Part shown: positions 11,155 to 22,203 of the stretch, in pieces
Layout of the letters: every line of letters starts with the position of its first letter
Position numbering within the stretch: position 1 is the first letter of the stretch
NCBI GenBank assembly: GCA_049512935.1
Contig: JBEKWR010000007.1
Span: 41,815 to 105,814 of the forward strand
DNA: 64,000 bases
Origin: Candidatus Bathyarchaeia archaeon
Lineage (GTDB): Archaea > Thermoproteota > Bathyarchaeia > Bathyarchaeales > Bathycorpusculaceae
Direction: 5' to 3'
Program-made: the position numbers and the translations under genes
Notes under the pieces: model-generated
The model's database searches: none
What the model was told of the DNA's origin: nothing
Seen by the model: the letters and a program-made list of their open reading frames with translations, nothing else

Positions 11155-13022
11155 TGCTGGGTTACGCTGGAAAATTCTTGGAAGTTGACCTTTCAATTTC
11201 AAGCTTCAAAAACACAACGCTTCCCGAAGAGTGGATAAGGGAATATATGGGTGGCAGAGCGCTCGCAGCAAAAATCCTCAGCGAAAGGCTGATCCACAAA
11301 TGGGAAAAAGTGGATCCGCTGGGCCCTGAAAACCTGCTGTTTTTCATGACAGGCCCCTTCCAAGGTTACTTCCCAGGCGGCAGAACCTGCGTAACAGGCA
11401 AATCTCCCCAAAGTAACGGCATGGTTGGCTCAACGGTTGGCGGCGAGTTCGCGGTGGAGCTTCGCTGCGCAGGCTACGACGGAATTATCGTGTCAGGAAA
11501 AGCCGAGAAGCCAGTTTACCTGTTCATTAAAGACTCTGACGTCGAACTCAGGGACGCAAGCGGCATTTGGGGAAAAGATGGCAAACAAACTGAAGCCTTG
11601 CTGAACCGCGAATGCAGAAAACTGCTCGCTGAACGTTATCCCCGCGTCGGCGTTTGGAAGGAACCAGCTAAACTCTACATCGGACCAGCCGGGGAACGGA
11701 AAGTTCGACCAGCCGCAGTCATCGCCAAGTGGACTCACGCGGCGGGTTACGGTGGCTACGGCGCCGTTATGGGTTCAAAGAACCTTAAGGCGGTCGCGGT
11801 TAAGGGCACGGGTCCGTTGCCTGAAGTTGCTGATTTGGAGAAAATCAAGCAGATGATCGATGAAGTCTGCAGAGGCAGTTACGCTAATGTTATGTGGCGA
11901 AGATACGGGACTGGAGGCGGAGGCTACAGTTTCGGGGCTGACACAAGTTCTGAGCCTGTTCGCAACTGGCAGGAAGAGTGGCATGACCAGAGAAGCTACG
12001 GTGTAGACCAGTTTGAGAACAGGGTTTGGGTGAAGCCTGCATGGAGCGATTTCGGTTGCCCGACGAACTGTTTGAAAATCAGCTGCATCCGCGCAGGCAA
12101 ATACAAGGGCGCCATAAGCGATAACCCCGACTATGAACTGCAGGCGTTTCTGGGTCCAAACTTAGGCTTGTTCACGCCTGAAGAAAACGTGTACCTGTCT
12201 TCGCTTATTGAGGACTTGGGTTTCTGCGGAATCCAAGGCGGCAGCGTCTTAGGCTTCGCAGCGGAACTTTTCCAAAGAGGCATCCTGACCAAGACGGACC
12301 TGGACGGCATCGAACTGAAATGGGGCGACGTTGACGCTTTTGCTGCTATGGCAAAGAAAATTGCGCGTAGAGAAGGCATAGGCGACGTCTTGGCTGAAGG
12401 AACCTACCGCGCGGCACTTAAGCTTGGAAAGATGAAGGACAAAAACCTCTTACCCTACGCCGTAACGGGAAAGGGCATCAGCATCGGCGCGCACGGAATC
12501 CGAAGCGGCAGAGACTTCTCCCGTGAAATAGGCTACGCATGCAGCGTGCAGGGCGGTGACCACTCATCTATGACGGATTTCCCCATTGATGGGTGGGGCA
12601 GCGAAATTTGGACCATATTCAACGATTCAGCTGTGATGTGCATTTTCACCTCGTTTAGCCTTTCGCCGACGTTCCGATACGAATTCTACAGCGCCCTCAC
12701 TGGCCAAACTTTGACCCGCAAGGGGTGGCTTAACGGCGGCGGGTTGAAGACGCTGGAGATACAGCGGGCTCTTCTGCTTCTCGGCGGACCAGACTTAACA
12801 TGGAACTCAAAGGTTGACGATGACAACCCGGAACGGTTTTATGAGCCGCTGCCGACTGGACCATGCAAGGGGCAAGCGGCGGATAGGGCAAGCGTAAAGG
12901 AGAAAGTGAGGCGGTACTATGAACAAGCAGGATGGGACGAAAACGGCGTACCCACCAAAGAAACGTTAACTAGGCTGAAACTGGAATATGTCGCGGAAAG
13001 CCTGAAGAGACTACGGAGTTAA
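11154..13022 (+). CDS. aor: Tungsten-dependent aldehyde:ferredoxin oxidoreductase family protein
   Basis: GYAGKFLEVDLS, DPLGPEN, GAVMGSKNLKAV, PDYE, EGIGDVLAEG, YY..GWDENGVPT. Confidence 0.88.
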   Translation: MLGYAGKFLEVDLSISSFKNTTLPEEWIREYMGGRALAAKILSERLIHKWEKVDPLGPENLLFFMTGPFQGYFPGGRTCVTGKSPQSNGMVGSTVGGEFAVELRCAGYDGIIVSGKAEKPVYLFIKDSDVELRDASGIWGKDGKQTEALLNRECRKLLAERYPRVGVWKEPAKLYIGPAGERKVRPAAVIAKWTHAAGYGGYGAVMGSKNLKAVAVKGTGPLPEVADLEKIKQMIDEVCRGSYANVMWRRYGTGGGGYSFGADTSSEPVRNWQEEWHDQRSYGVDQFENRVWVKPAWSDFGCPTNCLKISCIRAGKYKGAISDNPDYELQAFLGPNLGLFTPEENVYLSSLIEDLGFCGIQGGSVLGFAAELFQRGILTKTDLDGIELKWGDVDAFAAMAKKIARREGIGDVLAEGTYRAALKLGKMKDKNLLPYAVTGKGISIGAHGIRSGRDFSREIGYACSVQGGDHSSMTDFPIDGWGSEIWTIFNDSAVMCIFTSFSLSPTFRYEFYSALTGQTLTRKGWLNGGGLKTLEIQRALLLLGGPDLTWNSKVDDDNPERFYEPLPTGPCKGQAADRASVKEKVRRYYEQAGWDENGVPTKETLTRLKLEYVAESLKRLRS

Positions 13023-13102
13023 CCCGCCCGTTTCACTAAATTAAACTTCACTGTTTGTTTACCCAAAAGATCGAACGGGAAGAAAACAGCAAAGGGCAAG
13101 CA

Positions 13103-13399
13103 TTAGCCCATGATGGTGGGGTGCGCGTCTTCTTCATTTATGTGATGCATCACGTGGATTGCTAATCCCGTAGCGGCGCCTGCAGAAAGCCCAATTAACA
13201 AATCGTTAAGAGGCGCATAGTTGCCTACTAACCCGAAAACCACCAGCACGTCGAAAACCACTGCCACCGCCAAGTAGCCAACACACCACATTTTAACGCT
13301 CATGCCTCTTGGCTTCTCAATGCCGATGCCTCCTAAAACGCCGAACATGATTAGGAAGCCTACTAAAGCGTAAATCCAATCGTAACTCAACTTTTCCAC
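13103..13399 (-). CDS. Small membrane protein, about 3 TM
   Basis: 98-aa hydrophobic ORF filling the gap. Confidence 0.7.
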   Translation of the reverse strand: MEKLSYDWIYALVGFLIMFGVLGGIGIEKPRGMSVKMWCVGYLAVAVVFDVLVVFGLVGNYAPLNDLLIGLSAGAATGLAIHVMHHINEEDAHPTIMG

Positions 13400-13514
13400 C
13401 TGTTAGTCTGGCTATGTTTGTTTAGAGCCTTATTAGGTTATCGAATAAAGCCGCATCGAAGTTGCATCGTTACTAATCAGGGCAAACACCGTTAACCTTT
13501 TTTAGCTTCAACCC

Positions 13515-15647
13515 ATGACTCTTAACTACCTCAAGGATGTGGATGCATTAACAAACTTCGACGCGAAACAATGCCACCGATGGGCACAGCTGCTGCTTTT
13601 AAGGCGACAAAAGCTTAACCGTGCATTAGCCGCGATTGAAGAGAAAAACTTTGATTTAGCAAAGCACCTAATTTCAGAAATTTTTTCGGGTGTAAACGGC
13701 AAACAAGCTGACCCAGGAATGGCTGGCTCACTGCTTTATCACATGGCGATGGTTACAAAGATGGAGTCTGAAACCCGCGTGTTGCTGGACGAGTTTCAGT
13801 CGAGTTTACCCGACGTAACCCAAAAGCTTGGCGGCATCTACAGTGACTTTCAAGCCGACGCGAAAGACTTGACCAGAGAAATCACGTCTTTCACATTAAG
13901 CGCCCCAGAAATAGCTTCAAGTCCACACCTTGAAAGCGCCGACAAAATTAACCTTTTCAACAAGCTAAAGAAAGAACGAAAAGCAGTTGAAAACCTTCTA
14001 GACAGCAAAAATCCCAAGGACTCTGAAACGCTAAAAAAACTTTTCAATGCTTGGGCAGAGCAGATTGTGAGGATGCGGCTGATCCAAGAGTACGAGACAA
14101 TTAAGGGTTTGCTCGTCACGGCTGAACTGGCAGAGAAATTCGGCGTGACAGCGCTGGAAGACGCAATGCAACGAGTGCAGGAAAGGTTCGGCAAAGAAAC
14201 CGTTGACATAGCGCTTGACGTGACGCTTAAAGTGGGCATGCGAAGGGAAAAGCTGCAGTCAATCATGCTAAGCGACCACGCAATCAACTACACGATGAGC
14301 ACTGAAACGCTTGACGGGCACATGGAGTTTATGAATTGCCCAATCTTCGGAAGCCACAAATACGCAGAGGAAAAATATGGCGTGAGTCCCGAGGTGGCTT
14401 CACTTTTTTGCCGTCACTTCTGTTTTGCTCATGCCAGAGCAATGCTGGACACGGTTCTTCCATTCCCGTTTACGCTTTGGCAGCCCAAACGATTAGCCTT
14501 AGATGGCAACTGCGAGTATTACCTTAAACTGGCTTATTCTCCGCTTGCGAAGAAAGCTGAACGGTTTGTTCCGCTTGTTATGTCCTGGAATATTACCCGC
14601 GAATGCAACATGAAATGCTCACACTGCTACATCAACGCCACAGACAGAAAACTGGACGGCGAACTGAACACCGATGAAGCAAAAAACCTGATGGACCAAA
14701 TCTACCAGGTTAGCCGACCACTGCTTATACTTAGCGGCGGGGAGCCTCTTTTGCGCCCCGACATTTTTGAGCTAATCAAGTATGGTTCAAAGATTGGCTT
14801 GAAGATGGGTTTAGGAAGCAATGGAAGCCTGATTGATGAGGCGGCAGCAGCGAAGCTTAAGGACGCGGGGATAGCAACCGTTTCAATCAGCCTGGACTCG
14901 AACATCCCAGGGCAGCATGATGAGTTTCGCGGAGTGTCTGGAGCTTGGCAAAAGGCGGTGGACGCCTGCAAGTTTCTGAGAAGAAACAACGTGCTTGTTC
15001 AAGTGAACACGACCTTAACGCAGCAGAACTACAATCAAATAGACGACATAATGGCGCTCGCCGAAACCATCGGCGTAGAAAACTTCCACTTGTTCTTTCT
15101 CGTTCCAACAGGGCGAGGAACCAAAATCGCTGACATTTCACCCGAACAGTATGAGGAAATGATAACCAGGACGTTCGCGAAAACAGCCAATCACACGCTC
15201 AACGTGAGGCCTTCATGTGCGCCCCAGTTTATGCGTATCGCGAAAGACATGGGTTTGGACATGAGGCAGTGGATTCGCGGCTGCATTGCAGGACTGTACT
15301 ACTGCCGCATCTACCCTAACGGTGACGTGACGCCTTGCCCCTACTTGCCGATCAAGCTTGGAAACGTGCGGCAGAAAAGCTTCAAGGAAATTTGGTTTAA
15401 CTCAGAAATCTTCAAAGCCTTAAGAGACCCCGACGCGCTGAAGGGCAAATGCGGCGTCTGTGAATACCGCTCGGTGTGCGGGGGCTGCCGAGCCCGCGCC
15501 TACGGCTTATCCAACGACTTCATCGATTACTGCGGAGACCTCCATGAACCTGCAGAACTAAGAAGGGATTACTTGACCGAAGACCCCTGGTGCGTGTACC
15601 AACCGAAGAATTGGCCACAAAAAGTTCAAACACCAAAGAGTAAGTGA
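13515..15647 (+). CDS. Radical SAM/SPASM protein (AhbC/AhbD/NirJ-like) with about 345-aa N-terminal extension
   Basis: WNITRECNMKCSHC, SGGEPL, FFLVPTGRG, SPASM GCIAG..CRI..PCPY..CGVCEYRSVCGGCRARAY..DPWC. Confidence 0.85.
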   Translation: MTLNYLKDVDALTNFDAKQCHRWAQLLLLRRQKLNRALAAIEEKNFDLAKHLISEIFSGVNGKQADPGMAGSLLYHMAMVTKMESETRVLLDEFQSSLPDVTQKLGGIYSDFQADAKDLTREITSFTLSAPEIASSPHLESADKINLFNKLKKERKAVENLLDSKNPKDSETLKKLFNAWAEQIVRMRLIQEYETIKGLLVTAELAEKFGVTALEDAMQRVQERFGKETVDIALDVTLKVGMRREKLQSIMLSDHAINYTMSTETLDGHMEFMNCPIFGSHKYAEEKYGVSPEVASLFCRHFCFAHARAMLDTVLPFPFTLWQPKRLALDGNCEYYLKLAYSPLAKKAERFVPLVMSWNITRECNMKCSHCYINATDRKLDGELNTDEAKNLMDQIYQVSRPLLILSGGEPLLRPDIFELIKYGSKIGLKMGLGSNGSLIDEAAAAKLKDAGIATVSISLDSNIPGQHDEFRGVSGAWQKAVDACKFLRRNNVLVQVNTTLTQQNYNQIDDIMALAETIGVENFHLFFLVPTGRGTKIADISPEQYEEMITRTFAKTANHTLNVRPSCAPQFMRIAKDMGLDMRQWIRGCIAGLYYCRIYPNGDVTPCPYLPIKLGNVRQKSFKEIWFNSEIFKALRDPDALKGKCGVCEYRSVCGGCRARAYGLSNDFIDYCGDLHEPAELRRDYLTEDPWCVYQPKNWPQKVQTPKSK

Positions 15648-15934
15648 TCGTGGCGCACCAGAAAATTTTTGGAGACGGAAACTATTTAAGACATCACTGT
15701 CTTTCAGGAACTTTAATTGGCAGTTAAATTTGGCTTTGGCAGCCCGCACGCTACTCTGTGACTGTGGACGCCAAATCAAAAGGAAGGCTGAAAAGATGCG
15801 AGAAGTCCACAAATCAAGTGATTCAAGGATTGCTGACGTGGCGACGGCTTCGTCGAATGCGACGGCGCGGAAGTCGATTGGTGACCGAGTCTTAACGTGC
15901 AAGTTTTTGACACTGAGGATAAAAAGACACTTTC

Positions 15935-17176
15935 TTGTTCAACGTTAAGGGGGCAATCAGGATCTCAAATGGCAGCCTTTATGGAAATTTCTGGGGAATG
16001 TTTAAGCAAACTATCGTCGCTTACTTATTTGACATCGCGGGTTTAATCGCTGGTTTTCTGATTGCTTACCAACTTGACGTGTTCAAACACTACCCATGGG
16101 CGTTGGCGCTTTATCCAGCGCTGATAAGCACGAGAATAATCAACGGGCTGCTCAGTGGGCACCTAAGCACCGCCTTGCATCTCGGAACGATTAATCCTCA
16201 ATTTTTGGGAAATACAAAAACATTTCATAAACTGATTCAAGCGATCATCGTCTTGACTTTGATAACAAGCTTAACTGTAAGCGTCATATCACTTTTCTTC
16301 GGTTACTTGATTTTGGGTTTAAAGATAACTGATTTTCCCGCTATTCTTTCAGTGATGGTTTCAACGTTAGCGTTAGGTCTAGTTTTTTCTTTGGTCACCA
16401 TTAAAGTTGCCTTCGTCTCTTTCAAAAGAGGATTGGACCCTGACATCGTCGTTTACCCAGTTATCGCGACGTTAGCCAGCGTTTTCATCACGCTCTGTTA
16501 CGTTGGAGTGCTAAGACTGATGTACGTTTTGCCAGGCGTGCTGATAATCGTGGCTATCGGCCTGGCACACGTTTTTCTTGTTTTGTATTTAGTGTCAATT
16601 GACAGGAACGACCCGGAGTTTCTAAGAACAGTACGTGAATCATTGCTGATGATGATGCTTGTAGCGGTAATTGTTACGCTAACCGGAACCATTTTTGGAG
16701 GATTAACAAAGTTTACTCAAAAAGAAATCGTCACGATTGTCCCTGCACTGCTCACTGCTTACCCAGCCTTAATTAACAACATAAGCAATGTAGGTTCAGT
16801 TGTAGGTTCAACCGCTAACACCAAACTGGCTTTGGGCTTGCTTAGACCGACTTTCAGCTCGATAAAAAACCACGCCAAAAACATAACTAGCGCGTGGTTA
16901 GCGTCATTTTTAATTTTCGTGATTTTAGCCCTCAGCTCTTTAGCAATTAACCGCGTATCCACTTTGCCAGGCATCATTAATGTGGTGGCGATAATTGGGG
17001 TGTCCAACGTGATAGCCGTCGTAGGCATAGTCATAGTGTCATACGGCATAGCAATACTGACGTTCAGAAGAGGCTTAAACCCCGAGAACTTTGTCATTCC
17101 ACTTGAAACTTCATTTGCAACAATAATCACGTCAACAGCTTTGCTGGTAACTTTGCTCCTGCTGACGTTACATTGA
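15935..17176 (+). CDS. MgtE/SLC41-type Mg2+ transporter (duplicated membrane domain); start uncertain (ATG 15998 possible)
   Basis: LSTALHLG, RGLDPDIVVYP, RGLNPENFVIP repeats. Confidence 0.82.
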   Translation: MFNVKGAIRISNGSLYGNFWGMFKQTIVAYLFDIAGLIAGFLIAYQLDVFKHYPWALALYPALISTRIINGLLSGHLSTALHLGTINPQFLGNTKTFHKLIQAIIVLTLITSLTVSVISLFFGYLILGLKITDFPAILSVMVSTLALGLVFSLVTIKVAFVSFKRGLDPDIVVYPVIATLASVFITLCYVGVLRLMYVLPGVLIIVAIGLAHVFLVLYLVSIDRNDPEFLRTVRESLLMMMLVAVIVTLTGTIFGGLTKFTQKEIVTIVPALLTAYPALINNISNVGSVVGSTANTKLALGLLRPTFSSIKNHAKNITSAWLASFLIFVILALSSLAINRVSTLPGIINVVAIIGVSNVIAVVGIVIVSYGIAILTFRRGLNPENFVIPLETSFATIITSTALLVTLLLLTLH

Positions 17177-17230
17177 GGGCATAATTAAAATAATTCAAAA
17201 CGGTATCTTATTTGGGAGAACCTCGGGAAC

Positions 17231-18430
17231 ATGCCAAAATTTGAAAAGATAGAGTATAAACCCATCGCCGTTAGGGAACTTCTGCTTGAAATGAAGAATC
17301 TATCTGAGCTTATGATTGATTTAGCCTACTCTGCGGCTTTGTACAATGATAAAGACCTCGCCGAGGACGTCCTTGCGCTTGAACGCCGAGTAGACACGTT
17401 AGCGTATCTTTTAGAAATGGAAATAATGGTTGCATCAAGAAACCCGAAAGAAGCAGAAGAAATGGTCGGCATTTCAAGGGTGGCTTCCGCCACGGACAAA
17501 ATTTCTGACGCCGCAGCTGACATCGCGGCTATTGTGACTCGCAACATTGGGGTTCACCCGATTGTGGGGAAATTTTTCGAGAAAGTGGAAGAACGCCTGA
17601 TGGAAGTAACCGTTAAGCCTAACTCAACGATCGTTGAAAAAACCATACGTGAGCTTAAATTAGCCCCAAGAATGGGCGTGGATATAATTGCGATTCGCCG
17701 AAACAAGGATTGGATACTTGACCCGAAGAGCGAAGAAAGAATCTTTCAAGGCGATGTCCTGATCACGCGTGGGGCGCCAACAGGCATAGAGGCGTTTAAA
17801 GATTTAGCCCAAGGCGAACTCGCAAAACTTAACGTTGAAGAACGCGCAAGATTCGAAGAGATAGGAACAAGATTCGTTGAGCTCAAGGACACATCAGAGT
17901 TAATGTTGGATTTAGCGTACTCTTCCCTCATGCTAAACAGCAAGGAGTTAGCTGAAGAAGTTGAACGTCTGGAGGAAATGGTGGATCAACTGCACACAGA
18001 ATTTGAGTTGCTTGCCCTAAAAAGCGACTTCAAAAAAGAAGAAGCTTCAGGTTTTCTTGGATTAATCAGGTTAGGTGTAGCGACAGAAAAAATAGCTGAT
18101 GCAGCCGCTGACATCGCAGAAGTAGTGTTAAGAGGCATCGAACCGCACCCGATTTTGAAGCTGACAATCAAGGAGGCAAATGAAACGGTCACCCAAGCCT
18201 GCGTCACCGCGGATTCTCCGCTTGTGAACAAGACTCTCAAAGAAGCACGGGTGCATGAAGAATCAGGCATGTGGGTTTTAGTTATCAAAAGAGGCGAGAA
18301 GTGTTTGCGTCCGCGTGCAGATTCAAGAATCCAAGTAGGCGACGTACTGGTTGCCTCAGGATACGCTGAGGGCGCCGACGATTTAAAGAAACTTGCCTCC
18401 CCAGCCCAAGCATGCAACATTGAGAGTTAG
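17231..18430 (+). CDS. Tandem PhoU/TrkA-C (RCK-C) domain protein
   Basis: Duplicated KNLSELMIDLAYSA / KDTSELMLDLAYSS units, each followed by a TrkA-C domain. Confidence 0.85.
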   Translation: MPKFEKIEYKPIAVRELLLEMKNLSELMIDLAYSAALYNDKDLAEDVLALERRVDTLAYLLEMEIMVASRNPKEAEEMVGISRVASATDKISDAAADIAAIVTRNIGVHPIVGKFFEKVEERLMEVTVKPNSTIVEKTIRELKLAPRMGVDIIAIRRNKDWILDPKSEERIFQGDVLITRGAPTGIEAFKDLAQGELAKLNVEERARFEEIGTRFVELKDTSELMLDLAYSSLMLNSKELAEEVERLEEMVDQLHTEFELLALKSDFKKEEASGFLGLIRLGVATEKIADAAADIAEVVLRGIEPHPILKLTIKEANETVTQACVTADSPLVNKTLKEARVHEESGMWVLVIKRGEKCLRPRADSRIQVGDVLVASGYAEGADDLKKLASPAQACNIES

Positions 18431-18526
18431 CGTCTGTATTTCGGATTCATCAACGCTATAAACCAGTTGACACAATCTCTCAAAGGCGTTAGCTTATCGT
18501 TTGTATGAGACGAAGAGGGAAAAGAA

Positions 18527-18850
18527 ATGGTCACCTGCCCGAATCCTTCATGTGGAAGAGTTTTCTCTACACCACTCAAAACCTTGAATGTGCGCTATTC
18601 GGCGGAACCTTACCCAGCATGCCCATACTGCTTAACCAAAATTGTTGACTCAAAAGCTAAAACCGACCAATCGGCAGAGGGCGAAAAAAGTCTCTTCAAA
18701 GAAAAAGGGTCCAAAAACAAGGAGAACCCCGCAGGCTGCCATCATTACTTAGGCTTCTTAAGCGAAAGGGAAGATAAACAGCAAATTTCAGACGAATGCA
18801 TCGTTTGCAAAGCCCTACTCGAGTGCATGCTTCAAAAAATGAGAGCATAA
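18527..18850 (+). CDS. Small Cys-rich (Zn-binding) hypothetical protein
   Basis: CPNPSC, CPYC, CHHYLG, ECIVC..EC; GAGGG upstream. Confidence 0.75.
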   Translation: MVTCPNPSCGRVFSTPLKTLNVRYSAEPYPACPYCLTKIVDSKAKTDQSAEGEKSLFKEKGSKNKENPAGCHHYLGFLSEREDKQQISDECIVCKALLECMLQKMRA

Positions 18851-18925
18851 TCAACGCCATTTGCCGCGCTAAGTAGAACACTAAGAATTTAAAAAAATGA
18901 AGAATTGAATTTGAAAAAGGGATTT

Positions 18926-19252
18926 TTATTTCTTTTTGCCTGTTCCGGTGGATGTGTCTGCTGGAGCTGCTTCTTCTGCTTTGGGTTCTTCTTTCTTCTC
19001 TTCGATTTCTGTTGTTATTTCTTCAATTGGTTTTGGAGGGGGCGTTGTCGCCATTGTCCAGCCTATCCATGCACCGATTACTAGAACAGCGACGAATGCT
19101 ATGGTAACGAGAACCAATACTGCATCTAGCCTAACAGTGGTCGAATTCCACCCGAATATTTGAGGGACACTTACTAGAATTAGGTAGCCTACAATGATTA
19201 TAACGCATACGGCAAGTATTGCTCCACCTATTCCTTGATCTTTGCTAACCAT
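18926..19252 (-). CDS. Conserved 2-TM membrane protein with acidic tail
   Basis: MVSKDQGIG..WIGWTMATTPPPKPIEEI. Confidence 0.8.
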   Translation of the reverse strand: MVSKDQGIGGAILAVCVIIIVGYLILVSVPQIFGWNSTTVRLDAVLVLVTIAFVAVLVIGAWIGWTMATTPPPKPIEEITTEIEEKKEEPKAEEAAPADTSTGTGKKK

Positions 19253-19324
19253 TTAAGTCACCACTTTATAGCCATGTACTATGTCAAGCAATTTAAAGTT
19301 TGTCATGCTTAACAGAGCCCTCGC

Positions 19325-20581
19325 TTAAGTAGTTCCCATTTCCCATGTTGAAAGGTACTTCTTCTGTTCAGCCGTCAGCTGATCGATGTCAACACCCATT
19401 GCCTTCAATTTAAGTTCAGCAACCATTTCATCGATTTCCTTAGGCACAGTGAAAACCTTTGCCTTCAGCTTTTCCGATTTAGCGATATATTCAGAGCATA
19501 AGGCTTGATTAGCAAAAGACATATCCATGACTTCGGAGGGGTGCCCCTCAGCAGCTGCAAGGTTCACCAGTCTGCCTTCTGCAAGCAAGTAGAGTTTTCT
19601 GCCATCCTTCAGCGTGTACTCTTCCATGTTAGGACGAATCGTCCGCTTGCCTGTCGAAAGAGATTCCAAATCGGGGATGGAGATTTCCACGTTGAAATGC
19701 CCGCTGTTACACATGATGGCGCCATCCTTCATCTTCTGCATATGCTCCTTGCGGATGACATGCAGATCGCCCGTTGCCGTAACAAAAATATCTCCCAAAG
19801 CCGCTGCTTCAGACATCGGCATAACCCTCAAGCCGTTCATGGCTGCTTCCAACGCGCGAGTAGGCTGCACCTCTGTGACTATCACGTTTGCGCCCATGCC
19901 TTGCGCCCGCATCGCTATGCCCCGGCTGCACCAGCCGTAGCCTCCCACCACAAAGTTCTTGCCCGCGATAAGAACTGAAGTTGCCCGAAGAATGCCGTCC
20001 ATGGTGCTTTGCCCTGTCCCATAACGGTTATCAAAAAGATATTTCGTGTACGCGTCGTTCACGGCCACGATCGGGTACTTTAGGCTTCCATCCTTCTCCA
20101 TTGCTCTTAAACGGATAACGCCTGTCGTGGTTTCTTCCGTTCCGCCTTTAACGTTCTTCAACTGCGCCTGACGCTTGCTGTGTAGGGTCCCGACCAAGTC
20201 TGCGCCGTCATCAAGAGTAATAGTCGGATTGTAATCTAGCGCGTTGTCAATGCACCTGTAATACTCCTCGGTGTTTTGTCCTCTCCAAGCAAAAACGTGA
20301 ACGCCGCTTTCAGCCAACGCAGCGGCTACATCATCTTGGGTTGAAAGAGGGTTGGAACCGCACAACGCAACCTTGGCGCCGCCAGCAGTTAGCGCCTGCG
20401 CTAAGACGGCTGTTTCCTTAGTCACGTGAAGGCACGCACCCAACGTCAAGCCTTTTAATGGTTTTTCCTTTTCAAACCTGCTTTTTATCAGGTTAAGCAC
20501 GGGCATGTGACGCGATGCCCATTCAATCTGCAACCGCCCCTGCGGTGCTAAAGTTTTATCTTTAACTTGAAAGTCTTCCAA
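19325..20581 (-). CDS. ahcY: Adenosylhomocysteinase
   Basis: [49 protein letters not shown]. Confidence 0.97.
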   Translation of the reverse strand: MEDFQVKDKTLAPQGRLQIEWASRHMPVLNLIKSRFEKEKPLKGLTLGACLHVTKETAVLAQALTAGGAKVALCGSNPLSTQDDVAAALAESGVHVFAWRGQNTEEYYRCIDNALDYNPTITLDDGADLVGTLHSKRQAQLKNVKGGTEETTTGVIRLRAMEKDGSLKYPIVAVNDAYTKYLFDNRYGTGQSTMDGILRATSVLIAGKNFVVGGYGWCSRGIAMRAQGMGANVIVTEVQPTRALEAAMNGLRVMPMSEAAALGDIFVTATGDLHVIRKEHMQKMKDGAIMCNSGHFNVEISIPDLESLSTGKRTIRPNMEEYTLKDGRKLYLLAEGRLVNLAAAEGHPSEVMDMSFANQALCSEYIAKSEKLKAKVFTVPKEIDEMVAELKLKAMGVDIDQLTAEQKKYLSTWEMGTT

Positions 20582-20704
20582 GGCTATTCCTTCTTTTCAG
20601 GAACAGTGTGTCTTCAACCTATTTTAGAATTTTCCTCGCCTTGAGCGGCAGAACTGGAAAAGTTTAATTAGAAACCCGTCCAGAGCTAACAGTAAGAAGG
20701 GCAA

Positions 20705-21313
20705 ATGATGAAGGAACCTTTTTCCAAATTTATACAGGCCCATTTAGGCAGGAAAACGTTGCTGATTACAACGGGATTGCCTGGAACCTGGAAAACTGAA
20801 ACCTCGGAGGAAATCTCGAAAATCAAAGGTTACCCAATTCTTCGAAGCGACATTATACGTCTGGAAGTGCTCAAGAACGAGGATGTTTTCGACGCAAAAG
20901 TAGCGGGAAACATGAGCAAGCGCCTTTCTGTCTACGATGAGGTTTTCAAAAGGGCTGACGAGCTAGCAGAGAAAGACGGCCTAGGAATCATTTTGGACGC
21001 CACTTTCGTCACGCAGGATCTGAGGCGGCGAGCGGCTGAAATCGCGTCGAAGCACGACATGACCTTTGTTATTTTGCAGACAAGCTGCCCAGAAGAGGTC
21101 TCAATCGCCAGAATTCAGAGGCGCACCAAAGAGAATTACGAATCAAACGCACTAACAGTAGACGCCTACCTTGCCAACAAGAAAAAGTTTGAACCCGTAG
21201 ACATTGAAGACCTAAAGAAAAGATATCCTACACTCAAACTGCTCCATTTAACAGTTGACACCTGCAGTGACGAGCCAGAGAACTGGTACATCATCGGAAT
21301 GGAAAAAACCTAA
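20705..21313 (+). CDS. P-loop kinase (AAA_33-like)
   Basis: TGLPGTWKT (variant Walker A), SDIIR, ILDATF. Confidence 0.8.
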   Translation: MMKEPFSKFIQAHLGRKTLLITTGLPGTWKTETSEEISKIKGYPILRSDIIRLEVLKNEDVFDAKVAGNMSKRLSVYDEVFKRADELAEKDGLGIILDATFVTQDLRRRAAEIASKHDMTFVILQTSCPEEVSIARIQRRTKENYESNALTVDAYLANKKKFEPVDIEDLKKRYPTLKLLHLTVDTCSDEPENWYIIGMEKT

Positions 21314-21330
21314 ACGGAACCCGCCAAAAA

Positions 21331-22197
21331 ATGATAATCGATCTGCACATCCACTCCACCGCTTCAGACGGAAAATTTACTGTTCAGGAAATTTTTAGGG
21401 AAGCAAAGAACCGAAACATCGATTTCATGGCAATCACCGACCACGACTCCATCGGCTGCCAAGCCCAAGCCATCGCCGTGGCGAAAAAAGAAGCCATCCG
21501 CTACGTCACTGGAGCCGAGCTGAACGTGACCTTCACTCACCCCAAATACCATGAAGGCAAACCCGTTTCACTGGATTTCTTAGCTTACCAATTCGATGCC
21601 ACAAACAAAGCGTTCGAAGCCAAGCTTGAAACAATGGCGAAGTATCGGGAGGAACGAGCAGCAAAAATCCTCGATAACCTAAACAGGGAATTCAAAAAAG
21701 AAAACATTCAAGCATTAACTAAGGATGACCTTAGGCGGATTGAAGAATCAGTTGACGGCGTGCTCGGCAGACCCCACATCGCAGACTACCTGGTCAAGAA
21801 AAACATTGTCAAGACGAGGCAGGAAGCCTTCGACAAGTACCTTGTCAAGTGCGACGTGCCCAAGTACCCGCTTTACCTGGAAGAAGCGTCAAAGCTTGTG
21901 CGAGCAGCGGGCGGAAAATTGGTTTTGGCCCACCCCAACGACCCCCATGGAACCTCGCTTGCGGCCTTGACTAAAGTGTTAGACGAGCAAACGGGAATTA
22001 TCCAAGAAAAAATGCTCCCATACATTGACGGCGTGGAATGCTGGCACTCAAGAAGCACGGCGGAAACAACAGTGCATTATGTAGAGTTCGCCAAGACGCA
22101 TGGGTTAATGATGACGGGCGGAAGCGACTGCCACCAAAAACCAATCATCATGGGCACGGTTCAAGTTCCCGAATGGGTAGCCGACCAGTTTGCGTAG
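21331..22197 (+). CDS. PHP-domain phosphoesterase (YciV/TrpH-like)
   Basis: DLHIHSTASDG, ITDHD, GRPHIA, LAHP, TGGSDCH. Confidence 0.9.
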   Translation: MIIDLHIHSTASDGKFTVQEIFREAKNRNIDFMAITDHDSIGCQAQAIAVAKKEAIRYVTGAELNVTFTHPKYHEGKPVSLDFLAYQFDATNKAFEAKLETMAKYREERAAKILDNLNREFKKENIQALTKDDLRRIEESVDGVLGRPHIADYLVKKNIVKTRQEAFDKYLVKCDVPKYPLYLEEASKLVRAAGGKLVLAHPNDPHGTSLAALTKVLDEQTGIIQEKMLPYIDGVECWHSRSTAETTVHYVEFAKTHGLMMTGGSDCHQKPIIMGTVQVPEWVADQFA

Positions 22198-22203
22198 GCG
22201 GGT

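Noticed and set aside
6288-13480. Shared 11-mer TTACTAATCAG upstream of serA (6288) and the radical SAM gene (13470)
   Set aside because: A single 11-bp match is expected by chance in this much intergenic DNA.
15730-15948. 72-aa ORF before the MgtE-like gene
   Set aside because: No motif or SD support; likely non-coding.
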